A stretch of 39,749 bases of DNA. Source: a virus. Below the pieces are notes generated by a model, which made no database searches, was not told where the DNA came from, and worked only from the letters and a program-made list of their open reading frames with translations. How positions within the stretch are numbered: the stretch's first letter is position 1; each line of letters begins with the position of its first letter. The position numbers were made by a program, and so were the translations under genes. The stretch is from positions 1-39,749 of the IMG/VR virus record IMGVR_UViG_3300034010_000168; one strand, 5' to 3'. Shown here piece after piece: positions 38,543 through 39,749 of the stretch.

Positions 38543-38772
38543 TGCTTAGACCCCTTTTTCATTGCCCTTGCCTCAACATCTTGCTGAATGTCCAAAGCCT
38601 CGTTTGCGTCGAGCAAGTCTGTCAATGAATAGTGTTCCTCAATTTCCCTCAATGTGGCAACCTTTGACAAGACAACTCGCCAAACAATCCAAACATCAAC
38701 CAAGTGATCGGGCAGTCTTACTGATTCGCCTTGAGTCCCAGACCGTTTCCTCTGGCGAAGTCTCCTAAAAAA
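38539..38772 (-). CDS. -1 frame extension of the tail assembly chaperone (T-like part of a G/GT pair). Together with 38773..39134 it would give a fusion of about 198 aa.
   Basis: The frame is open with no start codon of its own. It is entered at the UUUUUUA site and ends in a TGA that overlaps the tape measure ATG (ATGA). I hand-translated it without finding any stop. Confidence 0.65.
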   Translation of the reverse strand, partial: FFRRLRQRKRSGTQGESVRLPDHLVDVWIVWRVVLSKVATLREIEEHYSLTDLLDANEALDIQQDVEARAMKKGSKQ

Positions 38773-39134
38773 TCTGCATAGTTCAGTTTCAAAACTTCGA
38801 TCAAAAGTTTGAAAATCACTGGCAGTTTTCCCATGAAATGAGTTTCGAACTGTGGTGAAACAGGTTGACCCTGGAAAAACACACAGCCCATGAACTCTTT
38901 GATCAGCGAGTCAACTTCATTTTCGTCCAGACCTTCACGCAAGATTTTTGCAACCGTTGGCAAAACCTCGGTGATGTCTCGTTGACCGCCAGCCAACATC
39001 ACAAGCAAGGGTTCACCCACAAGCTTGATTGTTCTGGTCATCATTTTGATTGCTTTTGTTGGCGGCAATTGTTGCAGGTCATAGACCAACACTTCGCCGC
39101 CATGCTCGATTGAAACTTGCGTCCTAAGCTTCAC
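38718..39134 (-). CDS. Tail assembly chaperone (G-like, 138 aa)
   Basis: It lies between the tube and tape measure genes and contains the slippery site near its 3' end. Confidence 0.65.
   Translation of the reverse strand: MKLRTQVSIEHGGEVLVYDLQQLPPTKAIKMMTRTIKLVGEPLLVMLAGGQRDITEVLPTVAKILREGLDENEVDSLIKEFMGCVFFQGQPVSPQFETHFMGKLPVIFKLLIEVLKLNYADFLGDFARGNGLGLKANQ
38766..38772 (-). promoter_or_regulatory. Slippery heptamer U UUU UUA for programmed -1 ribosomal frameshifting
   Basis: The zero-frame codons are GAU UUU UUA (D-F-L of '...YADFLGDF...'), which fit X XXY YYZ exactly. The site lies 16 codons before the chaperone stop. Confidence 0.65.
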
Positions 39135-39158
39135 GTCACACGTCCTTTATTTGATTGA

Positions 39159-39584
39159 TTAGTTTCCACCAACTGTAGAAACAAGTTCCCCAGTTCTGAT
39201 CACCCATTCACGCGGCCCAGCCTCTGCGCCATAGTTGACGGCAGGCAGCTTTTGAACCCACGCCTGTTCTGCAACATGAAGTGATCGACCTGAATTGTCC
39301 TTGATCATCAGAGGAAATTTGCCGTTGTTGGCAAGTTTGTCTGCCTGATAGTACGATGTCAGAATGTCGTTCATGTCAGACGTTTGCATCAGTCGCAATG
39401 TGACCGTTGCAGCGTTGTTGTTTGATTTGGACCGAGTTGCCTCGCCGTCCGCACCAACCAAAAGGTTCCACGCATCAGCGTCCATTTCGACAGTGACCGC
39501 GTCACCGTCTGCCAGACCTGTTGCTTGAACGCCGCCCATGATGACGGCAACCGATTTGAAATCATAAGTTTTCAATTGTGCCAT
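39159..39584 (-). CDS. Tail tube protein (DUF3277)
   Basis: 'YDFKSVAVIMGGVQATGLADGDAVTVEMDADAWNLLVGADGEATRSKSNNNAATVTLRLMQTSDMNDIL' matches the DUF3277 pattern. SD is AAGGGGGAACA. It follows the sheath gene. Confidence 0.85.
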   Translation of the reverse strand: MAQLKTYDFKSVAVIMGGVQATGLADGDAVTVEMDADAWNLLVGADGEATRSKSNNNAATVTLRLMQTSDMNDILTSYYQADKLANNGKFPLMIKDNSGRSLHVAEQAWVQKLPAVNYGAEAGPREWVIRTGELVSTVGGN

Positions 39585-39596
39585 TGTTCCCCCTTA

Positions 39597-39749
39597 TTAT
39601 ACCTGAACGACGCCTTGAATTTCGACCGCATGGATAGCACCTGCCAAGTTTGCTTGGAATGCTACATCAGGCAACAAGCGTGCTGCCCTGTCCGCAGGTG
39701 CAACGTCTGCAACCTTTGGAACCTCAACACTTGGTGCAGGGTCAGCGGC
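39597..39749 (-). CDS. 3' end of the tail sheath gene. The stop TAA is at 39597..39599; 39609..39749 duplicates 1..141.
   Basis: The sheath frame continued through the repeat reads ...[13 protein letters not shown] followed by a stop. Confidence 0.85.
   Translation of the reverse strand, partial: AADPAPSVEVPKVADVAPADRAARLLPDVAFQANLAGAIHAVEIQGVVQV
39609..39749. repeat. Right copy of the 141-bp terminal direct repeat
   Basis: Identical to 1..141. Confidence 0.95.

Noticed and set aside
1-39749. Integrase, transposase or other mobile-element and prophage boundary signals
   Set aside because: No ORF shows tyrosine or serine recombinase or DDE motifs. The only long repeat is the 141-bp terminal overlap, which a circular assembly explains. 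I therefore call no att sites or insertion sequences.

Overview
The window is one complete genome of a contractile-tailed dsDNA phage. The first 141 bp (1..141) are identical to the last 141 bp (39609..39749). That makes the contig a circular or circularly permuted assembly with a unique length of 39,608 bp, and the tail sheath gene runs across the junction.

The genome has two transcription blocks.
- A rightward block (15378..21041) carries replication and recombination genes: a ParB-like protein, an SPP1 G38P-like initiator with internal iterons, a G39P-like helicase loader, Gp157, a single-strand annealing protein and a YiiX-like permuted papain amidase.
- A much longer leftward block starts at about 15260. 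It runs through small early genes, a RusA-like resolvase and a CsrA-like protein. It continues through terS/terL, the portal, a MuF-like protein, the DUF2213 protease/scaffold, a cement protein and the DUF2184 capsid protein.
- The neck genes and the sheath follow. The block then wraps to the tube, a frameshifted chaperone pair, the tape measure, the baseplate and the tail fibres, and ends at 21050. An envelope/lysis cassette is embedded in the tail-fibre region.

I saw no integrase, repressor, tRNA, CRISPR array, reverse transcriptase or transposase.

The items most worth a second look are:
1. the portal, which carries a C-terminal domain of about 230 aa with PARP-like H-Y-E ADP-ribosyltransferase motifs;
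2. a 53-aa CsrA-like protein translationally coupled between rusA and terS;
3. an 8-gene envelope cassette with three lipoproteins;
4. a 754-aa fibre-locus protein with a Sec-type signal peptide;
5. a coupled trio of microprotein, 264-aa protein and microprotein;
6. iterons inside the initiator gene;
7. a UUUUUUA -1 frameshift site in the tail chaperone;
8. a near-universal GGGGG Shine-Dalgarno core.

All family names come from motif recognition by eye and no database search was run. The small ORFs below the 60-aa cutoff of the track were derived by hand.
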